A DNA stretch of 36,358 bases, taken from the NCBI GenBank assembly GCA_034429295.1, contig DAOUGF010000174.1, positions 1-36,358 on the forward strand. Direction: 5' to 3'. Below are positions 17,155 through 24,737 of the stretch, in pieces. The stretch is from Chloroflexaceae bacterium (GTDB taxonomy: Bacteria > Chloroflexota > Chloroflexia > Chloroflexales > Chloroflexaceae). Within the stretch, counting starts at the first letter, position 1, and each line of letters starts with the position of its first letter. The position numbers and the translations under genes were made by a program. The notes under the pieces were generated by a model, which was not told where the DNA came from, did not search any database, and saw nothing but the letters and a program-made list of their open reading frames with translations.

Positions 17155-18519
17155 ATGGACAGGGTCGTCTACGTGGTGAGCGACCTGCATCTCGGGCCGG
17201 GCTGGCTGCCGAACGGGGAGCTCGACCCGCTCGAGGATTTCACCGCCGACGAGGCCTTCAAGGCGTTCCTGACGGAGATCGGCACGACAGGCACCCCCGT
17301 TGAGCTGGTGATCGCCGGTGACTTTCTGGAGTACTGCCAGACGCTCCCCGAGCTGGGGCACGCCTCGCCGGAGGATAGCCTCGGCTGCAGCGAGGAAGAG
17401 TCGCTGCGCCGCACGAAGGTGATCCTCGGCCAGCACCCTGAGATCAGCAGCGGCCACCCGCTGGTCTTCCAGGCCCTGCGGGAGTTTATGGCCGAGGGCA
17501 ACTCGGTCACGATCATCGCCGGTAACCACGACATCGACCTGCTCTGGGACAGTGTCTGGGCGCTGCTCTTCGAGGCGATCTATCCGCCGGGCTCCTGCGG
17601 CGACCTGCGGCTGGTTAATTTCAGCTACACGGTCGGCAGGGGGAAGGGAAAGGTCTACATCGAGCACGGCCACGAACACGACAAAGCGAACCGCTTCGGC
17701 GACCAGATGAGCCAGCCCTTCGGCATGGACCGCATGGGGACGCGCCGGCTCAAGCGCTGCTGGGGCACGCTGTTTGTGGATAAGGTGTACAACCAGCTGG
17801 AGCGAGAGCGCTGGTTCATCGACAACGTCAAGCCGATCCCGCGCGTGATCCAGATGGGGCTGCGCCACGACTTCGGCTTCACAGCAACGGCTCTCGGGCT
17901 GGTGGCCCGCTTCCTGCTCACCAGCGGGCTGCCGCCGTTGCTCGGCGCGGGCGACAGCTACGCCGACACGGGGATACCAGCCCCACCGACCGAGGAGGTG
18001 GTGGCGAGTATCGCCGATCCCGACCTGAAGGCGCACCTTGAGCGGCAACTGGCTGACCCGGCGTTCCGCGCCGAGTTCCAGCAGACGATCGAAGGCGCCG
18101 GCGTGGTCGAGCTCGCGGCGGCCCTCGGCGGGGCGGGGCCGCAGCTCACCCTCGACGATGTGAGCGTCGTGACGGGCGGCGAGGTGATCCTCGGCGGCGG
18201 CGCGCCCGAGGATGCCTACAGGGCCGCGGCACGGGCGGTGCTTGAGAACGACCCTGATGTGACGACCGTGATCATGGGGCACACCCACGGGCCGATCGAT
18301 GGCTACGTGGCCCCGCTCGACAGGCCCGACGGCTCCCAGGGCTACTACTTCAACACCGGTACCTGGACGCGCCACCTGAAGGATGAGGGCAGCCGCAGCT
18401 ATAGCTGGCCCGACCTCGCGGTGGAAGAGAACTACACCTCCTCGCTCACCTACGTCAAGCTGGAGCCCGACGCCGATGGGGCCTACCGGCCGACGCTGAG
18501 GAATTGGGCGAAGAGCTAG
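17155..18519 (+). CDS. Metallophosphoesterase (calcineurin-like phosphoesterase family)
   Basis: 454-aa ORF. Motifs VVSDLHLG, AGDFLEY, GNHDIDL, HGHEHD and GHTHGP occur in the canonical order. The 500-aa minus ORF 17131..18633 is its antisense shadow. Confidence 0.85.
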   Translation: MDRVVYVVSDLHLGPGWLPNGELDPLEDFTADEAFKAFLTEIGTTGTPVELVIAGDFLEYCQTLPELGHASPEDSLGCSEEESLRRTKVILGQHPEISSGHPLVFQALREFMAEGNSVTIIAGNHDIDLLWDSVWALLFEAIYPPGSCGDLRLVNFSYTVGRGKGKVYIEHGHEHDKANRFGDQMSQPFGMDRMGTRRLKRCWGTLFVDKVYNQLERERWFIDNVKPIPRVIQMGLRHDFGFTATALGLVARFLLTSGLPPLLGAGDSYADTGIPAPPTEEVVASIADPDLKAHLERQLADPAFRAEFQQTIEGAGVVELAAALGGAGPQLTLDDVSVVTGGEVILGGGAPEDAYRAAARAVLENDPDVTTVIMGHTHGPIDGYVAPLDRPDGSQGYYFNTGTWTRHLKDEGSRSYSWPDLAVEENYTSSLTYVKLEPDADGAYRPTLRNWAKS

Positions 18520-18529
18520 AGGAGGGGCG

Positions 18530-19471
18530 ATGAGATATCGCAGGCTAGGCGACGCGGGGATGAAGGTGAGCGTCGTCGCCCTCGGCGGCTGGATCAACTT
18601 CGGCGAGGGCAAGATGGCGGAGGAGCGCGCCAAGGCGGTGGTGGAGCGCGCCTACGAGCGAGGCGTCAACTTCTTCGATCTCGCCGACAGCTATGGCAAA
18701 GGCGAGGCCGAGCGACAGATGGGCGCGCTGCTTGGGCGCTACCCGCGCCACACGCTGGTGATCTCCACCAAGCTCTTCTGGCCGATGAGCGACGACGTGA
18801 ACGACCGCGGCCTCTCGCGCAAGCATATCTTCGAGAGCATCGACAAGAGCCTGAAGCGCCTCGGCACCGACTATGTGGACATCTACTTCTGCCACCGGCC
18901 CGATCCCGAGACGCCGATCGAAGAGACGGCGCGGGCGATGGACGACCTGATCCGCATGGGCAAGGTGCTCTACTGGGGCACCTCCGAGTGGGGCGCGGCT
19001 GAGATCGCGGAAGCCCACAGCCTCTGCGAGCGTTATGGCTGGGCGAAGCCGAAGGCGGAGCAGCCACAGTACTCGATGCTTTGGCGCGAGCGGGTGGAGC
19101 GAGAGATCGCGCCGGCGACGCAGCCCCGCGGGATCGGTCTGGTGGTCTGGTCGCCCCTGGCGATGGGCCTGCTGACCGGCAAGTACGACGACGGCATCCC
19201 GGCCGACTCGCGTTTCGCCCGCGAGGAGTGGGCCCGCGAGCGGATGATGACTGAGGAGAACGCCGCGCGGGTGCGCCGGCTCAAGCCGATCGCCGAGCGC
19301 CTGGGGATCACCCGCTCACAGCTGGCGCTGGCTTGGGCGCTGCGCTCGCCTGCGGTGAGCAGCGTGATCACCGGCGCCACCAGGCCCGAACAGGTGGAGG
19401 AGAACGTCGCCGCCGCCGAGGTGGAGCTCTCTGAGGAAGATCTGGCGGAGATCGAGCGGGCGCTGGTGTGA
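18530..19471 (+). CDS. Aldo/keto reductase (Kv-beta-like subfamily)
   Basis: 313-aa ORF. MRYRRLGDAGMKVSVVALGGW..., FFDLADSYGKGEAE, DIYFCHRPD, YWGTSEW and VITGATRPEQVEENV. Confidence 0.92.
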   Translation: MRYRRLGDAGMKVSVVALGGWINFGEGKMAEERAKAVVERAYERGVNFFDLADSYGKGEAERQMGALLGRYPRHTLVISTKLFWPMSDDVNDRGLSRKHIFESIDKSLKRLGTDYVDIYFCHRPDPETPIEETARAMDDLIRMGKVLYWGTSEWGAAEIAEAHSLCERYGWAKPKAEQPQYSMLWRERVEREIAPATQPRGIGLVVWSPLAMGLLTGKYDDGIPADSRFAREEWARERMMTEENAARVRRLKPIAERLGITRSQLALAWALRSPAVSSVITGATRPEQVEENVAAAEVELSEEDLAEIERALV

Positions 19472-19477
19472 GGTGCT

Positions 19478-19510
19478 AAGCTTCCGGAAGCTTCGAGCTT
19501 CCGGAAGCTT
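19478..19510. terminator. Tandem pair of the palindrome (A)AGCTTCCGGAAGCTT between convergent genes; candidate bidirectional terminator/insulator
   Basis: AAGCTTCCGGAAGCTT (19478..19493), then CG, then AGCTTCCGGAAGCTT (19496..19510). The pair fills the 37-nt gap between the AKR stop (19471) and the M20 stop (19509..19511). There is no U-tract. Confidence 0.45.
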
Positions 19511-20660
19511 AGGAAGATGCCGCCAGCGTCAGCAGAAGCAAGGCCTGGAGGCCGCGACCGAGGTTGGCGGGCTGGATGTACTCGTCCTGGCGGTGGGCGT
19601 TGCCGCCGTCGGTGAGGCCGACGCAGACGGCGGGGATGCCCATGCTGAGGGGGATGTTGGCGTCGGTGCTGCTCTGCTGATAGGTGACGGTGGCGCCGAC
19701 GCTCTGGTAGGCTTCAACCGCAGCCTGGACGAGGGGGTGCTCGCGGGGGAGCGAGCCCGAAGGCCTGTCGCCGACGGTGATCGCCCGCACCTGCAGTTCG
19801 GGATGCTCAGCCGCCGCGGCGGCGATAAGCCGATCCACCTGGGCAACAAGGTCGCGCAGGGCCATCGCGTTGACGGAGCGCATATCAAGGAGCAGGCTGG
19901 CCCGCTCAGCAATCGTGTTGACCGAGGTGCCGCCCTCGATCACACCGATATTGAAGGTGGTGCGGGGCGTGCGAGCAGGGTGCAGCTCGGTGATCCTGGC
20001 GGCGAGGCGCACCAGAGCGTGGATGGCGCTCGGCGTGCCGTAGTTCCCCCAGGAGTGCCCGCCCGGCCCGGTGACCTCGATGCGGTAGCGGCGCACGCCG
20101 ATCGCCTGGTGGTGCAGGGTGCCGAAGTCGCATCCCTCGAGGATGATCGCGGCGCCGAGCCTGTCGCGCAGGCGCTCGACCACGGCCCTGATGCCCCGCA
20201 GGTCGCCGAGGCCCTCCTCGCCCACATTGCCTACGAACCAGATATCGCCCTCGTTGGGCAGGTCGTGGCGCTGCATCACCTGGGCGATCTGCAGCATACC
20301 GGCGACGCCGGTGCTGTTGTCGCCGAGGCCGGGTCCGTAGATCCGGTCGCCCTCGTGGCGCACCTGCAGGTCCGTCTCGATGGGGAAGACCGTATCGAGA
20401 TGGGCGGCAACCAGCAGGGCGGGGCGGTCGGAGCGCCCTGGGCGGCGGCCGTAGACATTGCCGAGCTCATCGCTCGTCACATCGCTGAGGCCGAGCTCGC
20501 GGAGCCGCTCCAACACCAGGGCCGAGCGTGCGGCCTCGGCGAACGTGGGAGCCGGCACCTGCTGGATCGCGAGCGCCATCTCGAGCGCCGGCCGGTAGTC
20601 GGCAAGCTCGGCGAGGGCCCGTCGGACGGCGGGATGGTCGCGCCAGCGCTGGATCTCCAT
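19509..20660 (-). CDS. M20 family metallopeptidase (ArgE/DapE/peptidase T-like)
   Basis: ORF 19509..20669. Start is either ATG 20660 (MEIQRW...) or GTG 20669. Motifs: VAAHLDTVFP, GLGDNSTG and GNVGEEGLGDLRG. Confidence 0.87.
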   Translation of the reverse strand: MEIQRWRDHPAVRRALAELADYRPALEMALAIQQVPAPTFAEAARSALVLERLRELGLSDVTSDELGNVYGRRPGRSDRPALLVAAHLDTVFPIETDLQVRHEGDRIYGPGLGDNSTGVAGMLQIAQVMQRHDLPNEGDIWFVGNVGEEGLGDLRGIRAVVERLRDRLGAAIILEGCDFGTLHHQAIGVRRYRIEVTGPGGHSWGNYGTPSAIHALVRLAARITELHPARTPRTTFNIGVIEGGTSVNTIAERASLLLDMRSVNAMALRDLVAQVDRLIAAAAAEHPELQVRAITVGDRPSGSLPREHPLVQAAVEAYQSVGATVTYQQSSTDANIPLSMGIPAVCVGLTDGGNAHRQDEYIQPANLGRGLQALLLLTLAASS

Positions 20661-20697
20661 GCTCCTCACCTGGTCTGCTCAGCCCGGCTGTTGACAG

Positions 20698-20726
20698 ATT
20701 ATTGCCGAAGAGCGCCGGCCTGTCAA
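20698..20726 (-). promoter_or_regulatory. Candidate sigma-70 promoter for the M20 peptidase gene: TTGACA-N17-AATAAT
   Basis: On the minus strand, TTGACA lies at 20726..20721 and AATAAT at 20703..20698, with a 17-nt spacer. This is ~30 nt upstream of the start codon. Confidence 0.4.
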
Positions 20727-20727
20727 T

Positions 20728-20756
20728 TTGCCAGCCCCGACAACTCGTGGCATACT
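20728..20756 (+). promoter_or_regulatory. Candidate sigma-70 promoter for asnS: TTGCCA-N17-CATACT
   Basis: TTGCCA at 20728..20733, a 17-nt spacer, and CATACT at 20751..20756, ~40 nt upstream of the asnS ATG. It sits back-to-back with the minus-strand -35 element (TGTCAATTTGCCA). Confidence 0.4.
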
Positions 20757-20795
20757 GACGCGGGAATCCATCGCTGAGCCACTGAGGAGCGCGCT

Positions 20796-22115
20796 ATGTC
20801 GCTGCCGAGCGCCACGGTCGCCACCATCGCCGCCCACGCGGGCGAGCAGGTGACGCTGGCCGGCTGGGTGTATCACAAGACCGAGAAGGGCAAGCTGATC
20901 TTTGTGCTGTTGCGGGACGGCAGCGGCACGATCCAGTGTGTCATCTTCAAGAAGAATGTCAGCGATGAGACCTTCGCCAGAGCTCAAGCGCTCACCCAGG
21001 AGGCGTCGTGCCGCATCACCGGCACCGTGCGCGCCGACGAGCGGGCGCCGGGCGGCTTCGAGCTGGATGTGCAGGAGCTGGAGCTGGTAGGCCCGAGCGT
21101 GGAGTACCCGATCACGCCAAAGGAGCACGGCACCGAGTTCCTGATGGAGCACCGCCATCTCTGGGTGCGCTCCGCGAAGCAGCACGCGCTGCTGAGGGTG
21201 CGGGCCGAGGTGATCGCCGCCGCCCAGGAGTGGCTGAACAGCCAGGGCTTCGTGCGCTTCGACACGCCGATCCTCACGGCCACCGCGGCCGAGGGCACCA
21301 CCAACCTCTTCGCCACCGACTACTTCGACCTCGGCAAGGCCTACCTCGCCCAAACAGGGCAGCTCTACGTCGAGGCCGGCATGATGTCCTTCGGCAAGGT
21401 CTACTGCTTCGGCCCCACCTTCCGCGCAGAGAAGAGCAAGACTCGCCGGCACCTGACGGAGTTCTGGATGATCGAGCCGGAGGTGGCCTTCGCCACTCAC
21501 GAGGACAACCTCGTGCTGCAGGAGCAGTTCGTCAGCGCGATCGTGGCCAGGGTGTTGGAGCGACGGGCGGAGGATCTGAAGACGCTGGAGCGGGATACGA
21601 CGGTGCTGGAGCACTGCGTGCCGCCCTTCCCGCGGATCAGCTACGACGACGCGCTCGAGCTGATCGCCAAGCACCAGGGCGAGGTGGAGGGCGCCACGCC
21701 GCTGCCTTGGGGCGAGGATTTCGGCGCGCCCCACGAGCAGCTGATCGCCTCGAAGTTCGACCGGCCGGTCTTCGTGGAGCGCTACCCCGCCGCGGTGAAG
21801 GCTTTCTACATGGAGCCGGACCCGCAGCGGCCCGAGGTGGCCCTCTGCGCCGACCTGCTCGCCCCTGAGGGCTACGGCGAGATCATCGGCGGCTCGCAGC
21901 GCATCCACGATCCGGAGCTGCTGGAGCGGCGCATCATCGAGCACGGCCTCAACGTGGCGGACTACCAGTGGTACCTGGACCTGCGGCGCTACGGGACGGT
22001 GCCCCACAGCGGATTCGGCATGGGCATTGAGCGCTTTGTCTGCTGGATCACCGGTACGCGCCACATCCGCGAGGCGATCCCCTTCCCGCGCATGCTCTAC
22101 CGCATCTATCCTTAG
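20796..22115 (+). CDS. asnS: Asparagine--tRNA ligase (class IIb, ~440-aa type)
   Basis: 439-aa ORF with GAGGAG 6 nt upstream of the ATG. The OB-fold N-terminus is followed by [39 protein letters not shown] and [10 protein letters not shown]. The C-terminal IPFPR is typical of AsnRS. The 514-aa minus ORF 20679..22223 is antisense shadow. Confidence 0.9.
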   Translation: MSLPSATVATIAAHAGEQVTLAGWVYHKTEKGKLIFVLLRDGSGTIQCVIFKKNVSDETFARAQALTQEASCRITGTVRADERAPGGFELDVQELELVGPSVEYPITPKEHGTEFLMEHRHLWVRSAKQHALLRVRAEVIAAAQEWLNSQGFVRFDTPILTATAAEGTTNLFATDYFDLGKAYLAQTGQLYVEAGMMSFGKVYCFGPTFRAEKSKTRRHLTEFWMIEPEVAFATHEDNLVLQEQFVSAIVARVLERRAEDLKTLERDTTVLEHCVPPFPRISYDDALELIAKHQGEVEGATPLPWGEDFGAPHEQLIASKFDRPVFVERYPAAVKAFYMEPDPQRPEVALCADLLAPEGYGEIIGGSQRIHDPELLERRIIEHGLNVADYQWYLDLRRYGTVPHSGFGMGIERFVCWITGTRHIREAIPFPRMLYRIYP

Positions 22116-22482
22116 GTGTGCAGTTCGGAAGTGGGTTGGGGAGGGGTGACGACAGACCACTGCCGGACAGGCTGCGGATGGTCGTCGCTCACCTATCATC
22201 GGTGGCCCTAACCAGCGGCTCAATCAGGAATGCCTCGCGGATCCAGAGGGATGCTGTGTTGGATCCCCACGGTGGGGCATTACTTGGCCCATCCTGGCGC
22301 CTACTCTCGCACCCTCAAGCTGAGGGCTTGAGGGTGCGTGCAGCAGCGCTGGTGCGCCAACCTTGCGAAGCAGCACAACCACGGACTACACCGTACGACC
22401 ACGAGTGCAGCCCCTCTGAAGCCTCAGTTGAGCGAGGTTCGCAGCCCCTCTCCCCTGAGAGGAAGTTGCGCTTATCCTGAAG

Positions 22483-22534
22483 ACGAAGGGCCAATGATGA
22501 AACCCTGTAGGGTTGTCATTGGCCCTTCGTTTTT
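22483..22534 (+). terminator. Strong Rho-independent terminator (+ strand)
   Basis: Perfect 15-bp stem ACGAAGGGCCAATGA (22483..22497) / TCATTGGCCCTTCGT (22516..22530). An inner AACCCT/AGGGTT stem lies within the loop. The hairpin is followed by TTTT (22531..22534). There is no T-run on the other strand. Confidence 0.65.
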
Positions 22535-22539
22535 GGCGC

Positions 22540-22675
22540 AAAGCCGGCAGAAGACCCGTCGCGTAGGCCAATGCAGGATCAGGCAGTCGCCTTGGGTTCG
22601 GGGTCGCGTCGTACCGCGCCAGAACGCAGTCGCGATACGGACTACTGGCTACGGACTACCCTGTACGGGCATTAG
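22540..22675 (-). repeat. Composite intergenic repeat, copy F (diverged), abutting the DUF2171 stop codon
   Basis: The minus strand reads CTAATGCCCGTACAGGGTAGTCCGTAGCCAGTAGTCCGTATCGCGA...CCAAGGCGAC[12-nt insert]CATTGGCC... Its CTAA terminus contains the TAA stop (22674..22672). Confidence 0.5.
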
Positions 22676-22989
22676 TGCACCTCGCCCTCACGGCTGCGCT
22701 CGCGGTTGGCGGCGTAGGGGTCATCATCGCCGACGGCCTTGGATCGCATGTCCGGGCCGCTCGCCGACCATTGCGCGATGGCCTGGTGGGCCGGCATATT
22801 CAGCCGCACCACCTGATCGATGCCAGTCACCCAGGCTGCCGGGATCCAGTGATGCTCGCCTCCGGCCTGCGGGTCACTTCTGGTGAGCTTGAGCATATCG
22901 CCCTCGATACGGTCCACGGTGCCGATATGCTCGCCATCGTCGCCAACCACCTCCATATGCTCGCGGATCGCTGTCATATCCACATCCAT
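22672..22989 (-). CDS. DUF2171 domain protein
   Basis: ORF 22672..23028 trimmed to ATG 22989 (MDVDMTAIREHMEVVGDDGEHIGTVDRIEGDMLKLTRSD...HHWIPAAWV...), which is preceded by ACGGAGGG with a 6-nt spacer. The sequence pattern matches the DUF2171 family as I remember it. Confidence 0.75.
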   Translation of the reverse strand: MDVDMTAIREHMEVVGDDGEHIGTVDRIEGDMLKLTRSDPQAGGEHHWIPAAWVTGIDQVVRLNMPAHQAIAQWSASGPDMRSKAVGDDDPYAANRERSREGEVH

Positions 22990-23080
22990 GTCGGGGCCCT
23001 CCGTTACTGAGACACGCCGACACACCATTGTGTGGGACTCCCAATAGCAATTTCCACACCACAGAAGGGCGGGTTTCTAG

Positions 23081-23170
23081 CATTACTTAGTGCGTAATGT
23101 GTATTTCGCACTCTTTATTATGCATTACATAGCACGTCATACATAGTACGTATTATGAATCGCGTTTCGA
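23081..23170. promoter_or_regulatory. AT-rich regulatory island upstream of the DUF2171 gene
   Basis: About 90 nt of roughly 30-35% GC in a ~65% GC window. It holds the inverted repeat CATTAC-N7-GTAATG (23081..23099), the 14-nt tandem repeat ACATAGCACGTCAT/ACATAGTACGTATT (23127..23154), and TATTATG twice. Several -10-like hexamers occur on the minus strand. Confidence 0.45.
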
Positions 23171-23186
23171 ACTATATCCAATCTGG

Positions 23187-23439
23187 CTAGATGGAGAGAC
23201 GACCGACGACCGCCCCCAACTCCAGCGGCACACTGCCCCAGAGCGGATGGCTGGGCACCGTGGTGATCGCGCTGAAATCGATCATCGGCGGCTGATGATT
23301 CAGCAGGCGCAGCGATGCCACTTGAGCGATTTCCCTGTTGGGAGCATGCCTACCTTCAATGGCATGTTTGTTGCTGGCGTAAGCCCGTTCCAAGTATTCG
23401 CTCAACGAGGGCCGGCCCGAGTCCGTGAGCGACGACCGG
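23187..23439 (-). CDS. Orphan small ORF or gene remnant downstream of DUF2231 (start unresolved)
   Basis: This is the part of ORF 23187..23519 that lies beyond the DUF2231 stop. It reads ...SEYLERAYASNKHAIEGRHAPNREIAQVASLRLLNHQPPMIDFSAITTVPSHPLWGSVPLELGAVVGRLSI. GC3 is intermediate (~2/3 by eye). There is no convincing start or SD, and no family was recognised. Confidence 0.2.
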
Positions 23440-23964
23440 CTAGCTCCCGACTTCCCGCTCCCGCAGCGACTCGCCGGCTTGGGCCGAGGCGGGGAGTCCG
23501 GAGAGGGAGCTAGGGGCATTCAGGTGAGCGCCCTCATCCACCCCGACGCCGAGCCGCTCCACCAGCTCGCCGCCGAGCCAGCCAGTGACGGTTCCCAAAC
23601 CGATGGCCACGAGCGCGATGACGAATGGCGCTGTGGCCACCACGCCAGGATCATCGCGCCGCAGCCACCAGGCGACCGCAAACAGGGCCACTACCGCCAC
23701 ATTCCCGAGGCCGTGGAAGGCGCCGATACGCTTCGCGCGGGTGTTCGATGGGATGTTGGCCCAATCGATTGCGCCGGGGATCGCCGCAACTAGCCCGCCG
23801 ACGATACCGCCGGCGATATTCCAGAAGGCCACGCGGGCGAACGTGCCCTCGCCAGTGAGCAGGGCGATGAGATCGAAGACCACTGCCGCCACGAACAATC
23901 CCAGAGGGATAGTGATCAGGATCGGATGGATGGGGTGACCAAGAATCTTCGCCTTGCTCTCCAT
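23440..23964 (-). CDS. DUF2231 domain membrane protein
   Basis: ORF 23440..24189 trimmed to ATG 23964 (MESKAKILGHPIHPILITIPLGLFV...), which is preceded by GAAGGGGG. It has four predicted TM helices. The N-terminal GHP(I/L)HP motif is typical of DUF2231. Confidence 0.78.
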   Translation of the reverse strand: MESKAKILGHPIHPILITIPLGLFVAAVVFDLIALLTGEGTFARVAFWNIAGGIVGGLVAAIPGAIDWANIPSNTRAKRIGAFHGLGNVAVVALFAVAWWLRRDDPGVVATAPFVIALVAIGLGTVTGWLGGELVERLGVGVDEGAHLNAPSSLSGLPASAQAGESLREREVGS

Positions 23965-24047
23965 GGGAGGCCCCCTTCGATGATGGGAAACGCAGCTCTG
24001 CGCGAGGGGCCGCAAGAAATGTACCAGGGCACACGACAGATGACGCT

Positions 24048-24154
24048 CTAGTGCCCGTAGTCTGTATTCCGTAGTCCGTACAGCGAGGGTCTCGCAAAGC
24101 CAGAGAGCCAAGGCGACATGGCCAAAAAGGCCGCCTGAAATTGCACTAGGCGGC
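24048..24154 (+). repeat. Composite intergenic repeat, copy A (best-preserved)
   Basis: CTAGTGCCCGTAGTCTGTATTCCGTAGTCCGTACAGCGAGGGTCTCGCAAAGCCAGAGAGCCAAGGCGACATGGCCAAAAAGGCCGCCTGAAATTGCACTAGGCGGC. It lies in the divergent DUF2231/DUF2243 intergenic region. Confidence 0.7.
24122..24154 (-). terminator. Intrinsic-terminator-like module carried by repeat copy A (reads on the minus strand)
   Basis: The minus strand reads GCCGCCT-agtgcaatttc-AGGCGGC (7-bp stem, 24154..24148 / 24136..24130), followed by CTTTTTGG. Confidence 0.45.
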
Positions 24155-24260
24155 GCTATAAGGGTAGGCACGATGGATTGCTCTCCCACGCATGTGCCAG
24201 CCGAACCACTTCCGGCTAACGATCGCGGTATCTCGATAGCTGCAAGCCAGGAGCAGAACG

Positions 24261-24728
24261 ATGAGCGCAGCTCGCATAGATCGTCCCGAGGCGGCCCGCT
24301 CGCAATGGGCGACAGTGCTGATCGGGGTGGGGCTTATGGCCGCCGTGGATGAGATCATCTTTCATCAGCTGCTCGGTTGGCATCACTTCTATGATCTGGC
24401 GACGCCGGCGGTGGGTCTGCTCTCCGACGGCCTGCTCCACGCGGCGGAACTGATCGCGATCGTGGCCGGATTCTTCATGCTCGCCGACTTGCAGCGGCGG
24501 CGGGCCTTTTCGGCGCTGTGGGGGGGGGCCGGCTTCTTCCTGGGTGCAGGCGGCTTTCAGCTCTTCGATGGGCTAATCAATCATAAGGTGCTGCGGCTCC
24601 ACCAGATCCGCTACGGGGTGTGGCTGTTCCCCTACGATCTGGTGTGGAATGTGACGGGACTCAGCCTGCTCTTGGTGGGCGCGGCGCTGGCGCTACGGGC
24701 GCGGCGGCGGACCGCCAGAACACAGTAG
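24261..24728 (+). CDS. DUF2243 domain membrane protein
   Basis: 155-aa ORF with AGGAGC 6 nt upstream. The motif AAVDEIIFHQLLGWHHF and the four TM helices are typical of DUF2243. It is followed 9 nt later by the CtaG-like gene. Confidence 0.78.
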   Translation: MSAARIDRPEAARSQWATVLIGVGLMAAVDEIIFHQLLGWHHFYDLATPAVGLLSDGLLHAAELIAIVAGFFMLADLQRRRAFSALWGGAGFFLGAGGFQLFDGLINHKVLRLHQIRYGVWLFPYDLVWNVTGLSLLLVGAALALRARRRTARTQ

Positions 24729-24737
24729 GATGGCGCA

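Noticed and set aside
17775-17783. Perfect DnaA box (TGTGGATAA), considered as a hint of oriC near parAB
   Set aside because: I noticed only this single occurrence, and it lies inside the phosphoesterase coding sequence. I saw no cluster of boxes or AT-rich unwinding element in any intergenic region of the window.
17131-18633. 500-aa minus ORF
   Set aside because: It is antisense to the metallophosphoesterase gene and the start of the AKR gene. The + strand frames carry the ordered phosphoesterase motifs.
20796-22115. Alternative call of this class IIb synthetase as archaeal-type AspRS; presence of both asnS and gatC as an anomaly
   Set aside because: The [21 protein letters not shown] segment and the C-terminal IPFPR tail fit AsnRS better than AspRS. 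Many bacteria encode both AsnRS and GatCAB (the latter for Gln-tRNA), so their co-occurrence is not unusual.
19473-22223. + ORF 19473..20777 (434 aa) and minus ORF 20679..22223 (514 aa)
   Set aside because: They are the antisense shadows of the M20 peptidase and asnS genes respectively.
22118-22480. 120-aa + ORF downstream of asnS
   Set aside because: GC3 is only about 60% by my count, against ~85-90% in genuine genes of this window. The start is a GTG without an SD, and the translation has no family resemblance. I treat the region as non-coding.
22116-22540. Possible tmRNA, RNase P RNA, SRP RNA or cobalamin riboswitch in the asnS-downstream gap
   Set aside because: I looked for the diagnostic strings: GGAAAGTCC and ACAGAA..CGGCTTA for RNase P; a tRNA-like GGTTCGA.TCC...CCACCA end and a tag ORF for tmRNA; GGAAGCAGCC-type helix 8 for SRP; a B12 box for cobalamin. 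None is present on either strand. There is also no downstream + strand gene for a riboswitch to control. A covariance-model scan is still needed.
23085-23185. Mini-ORFs (8-16 codons) in the AT-rich island, considered as a toxin or leader peptide
   Set aside because: Several short ATG..stop frames exist on both strands, for example MTCYVMHNKECEIHITH on the minus strand. None has an SD or any other support. Such frames are expected by chance in AT-rich DNA.
23980-24051. 23-codon + ORF (MMGNAALREGPQEMYQGTRQMTL*) whose TAG is the CTAG head of repeat copy A
   Set aside because: It fits the 'repeat supplies the stop' pattern and has a GGGAGG 9 nt upstream. However, it is tiny, it overlaps the SD/start region of the divergent DUF2231 gene, and it has no support beyond coincidence of frame.
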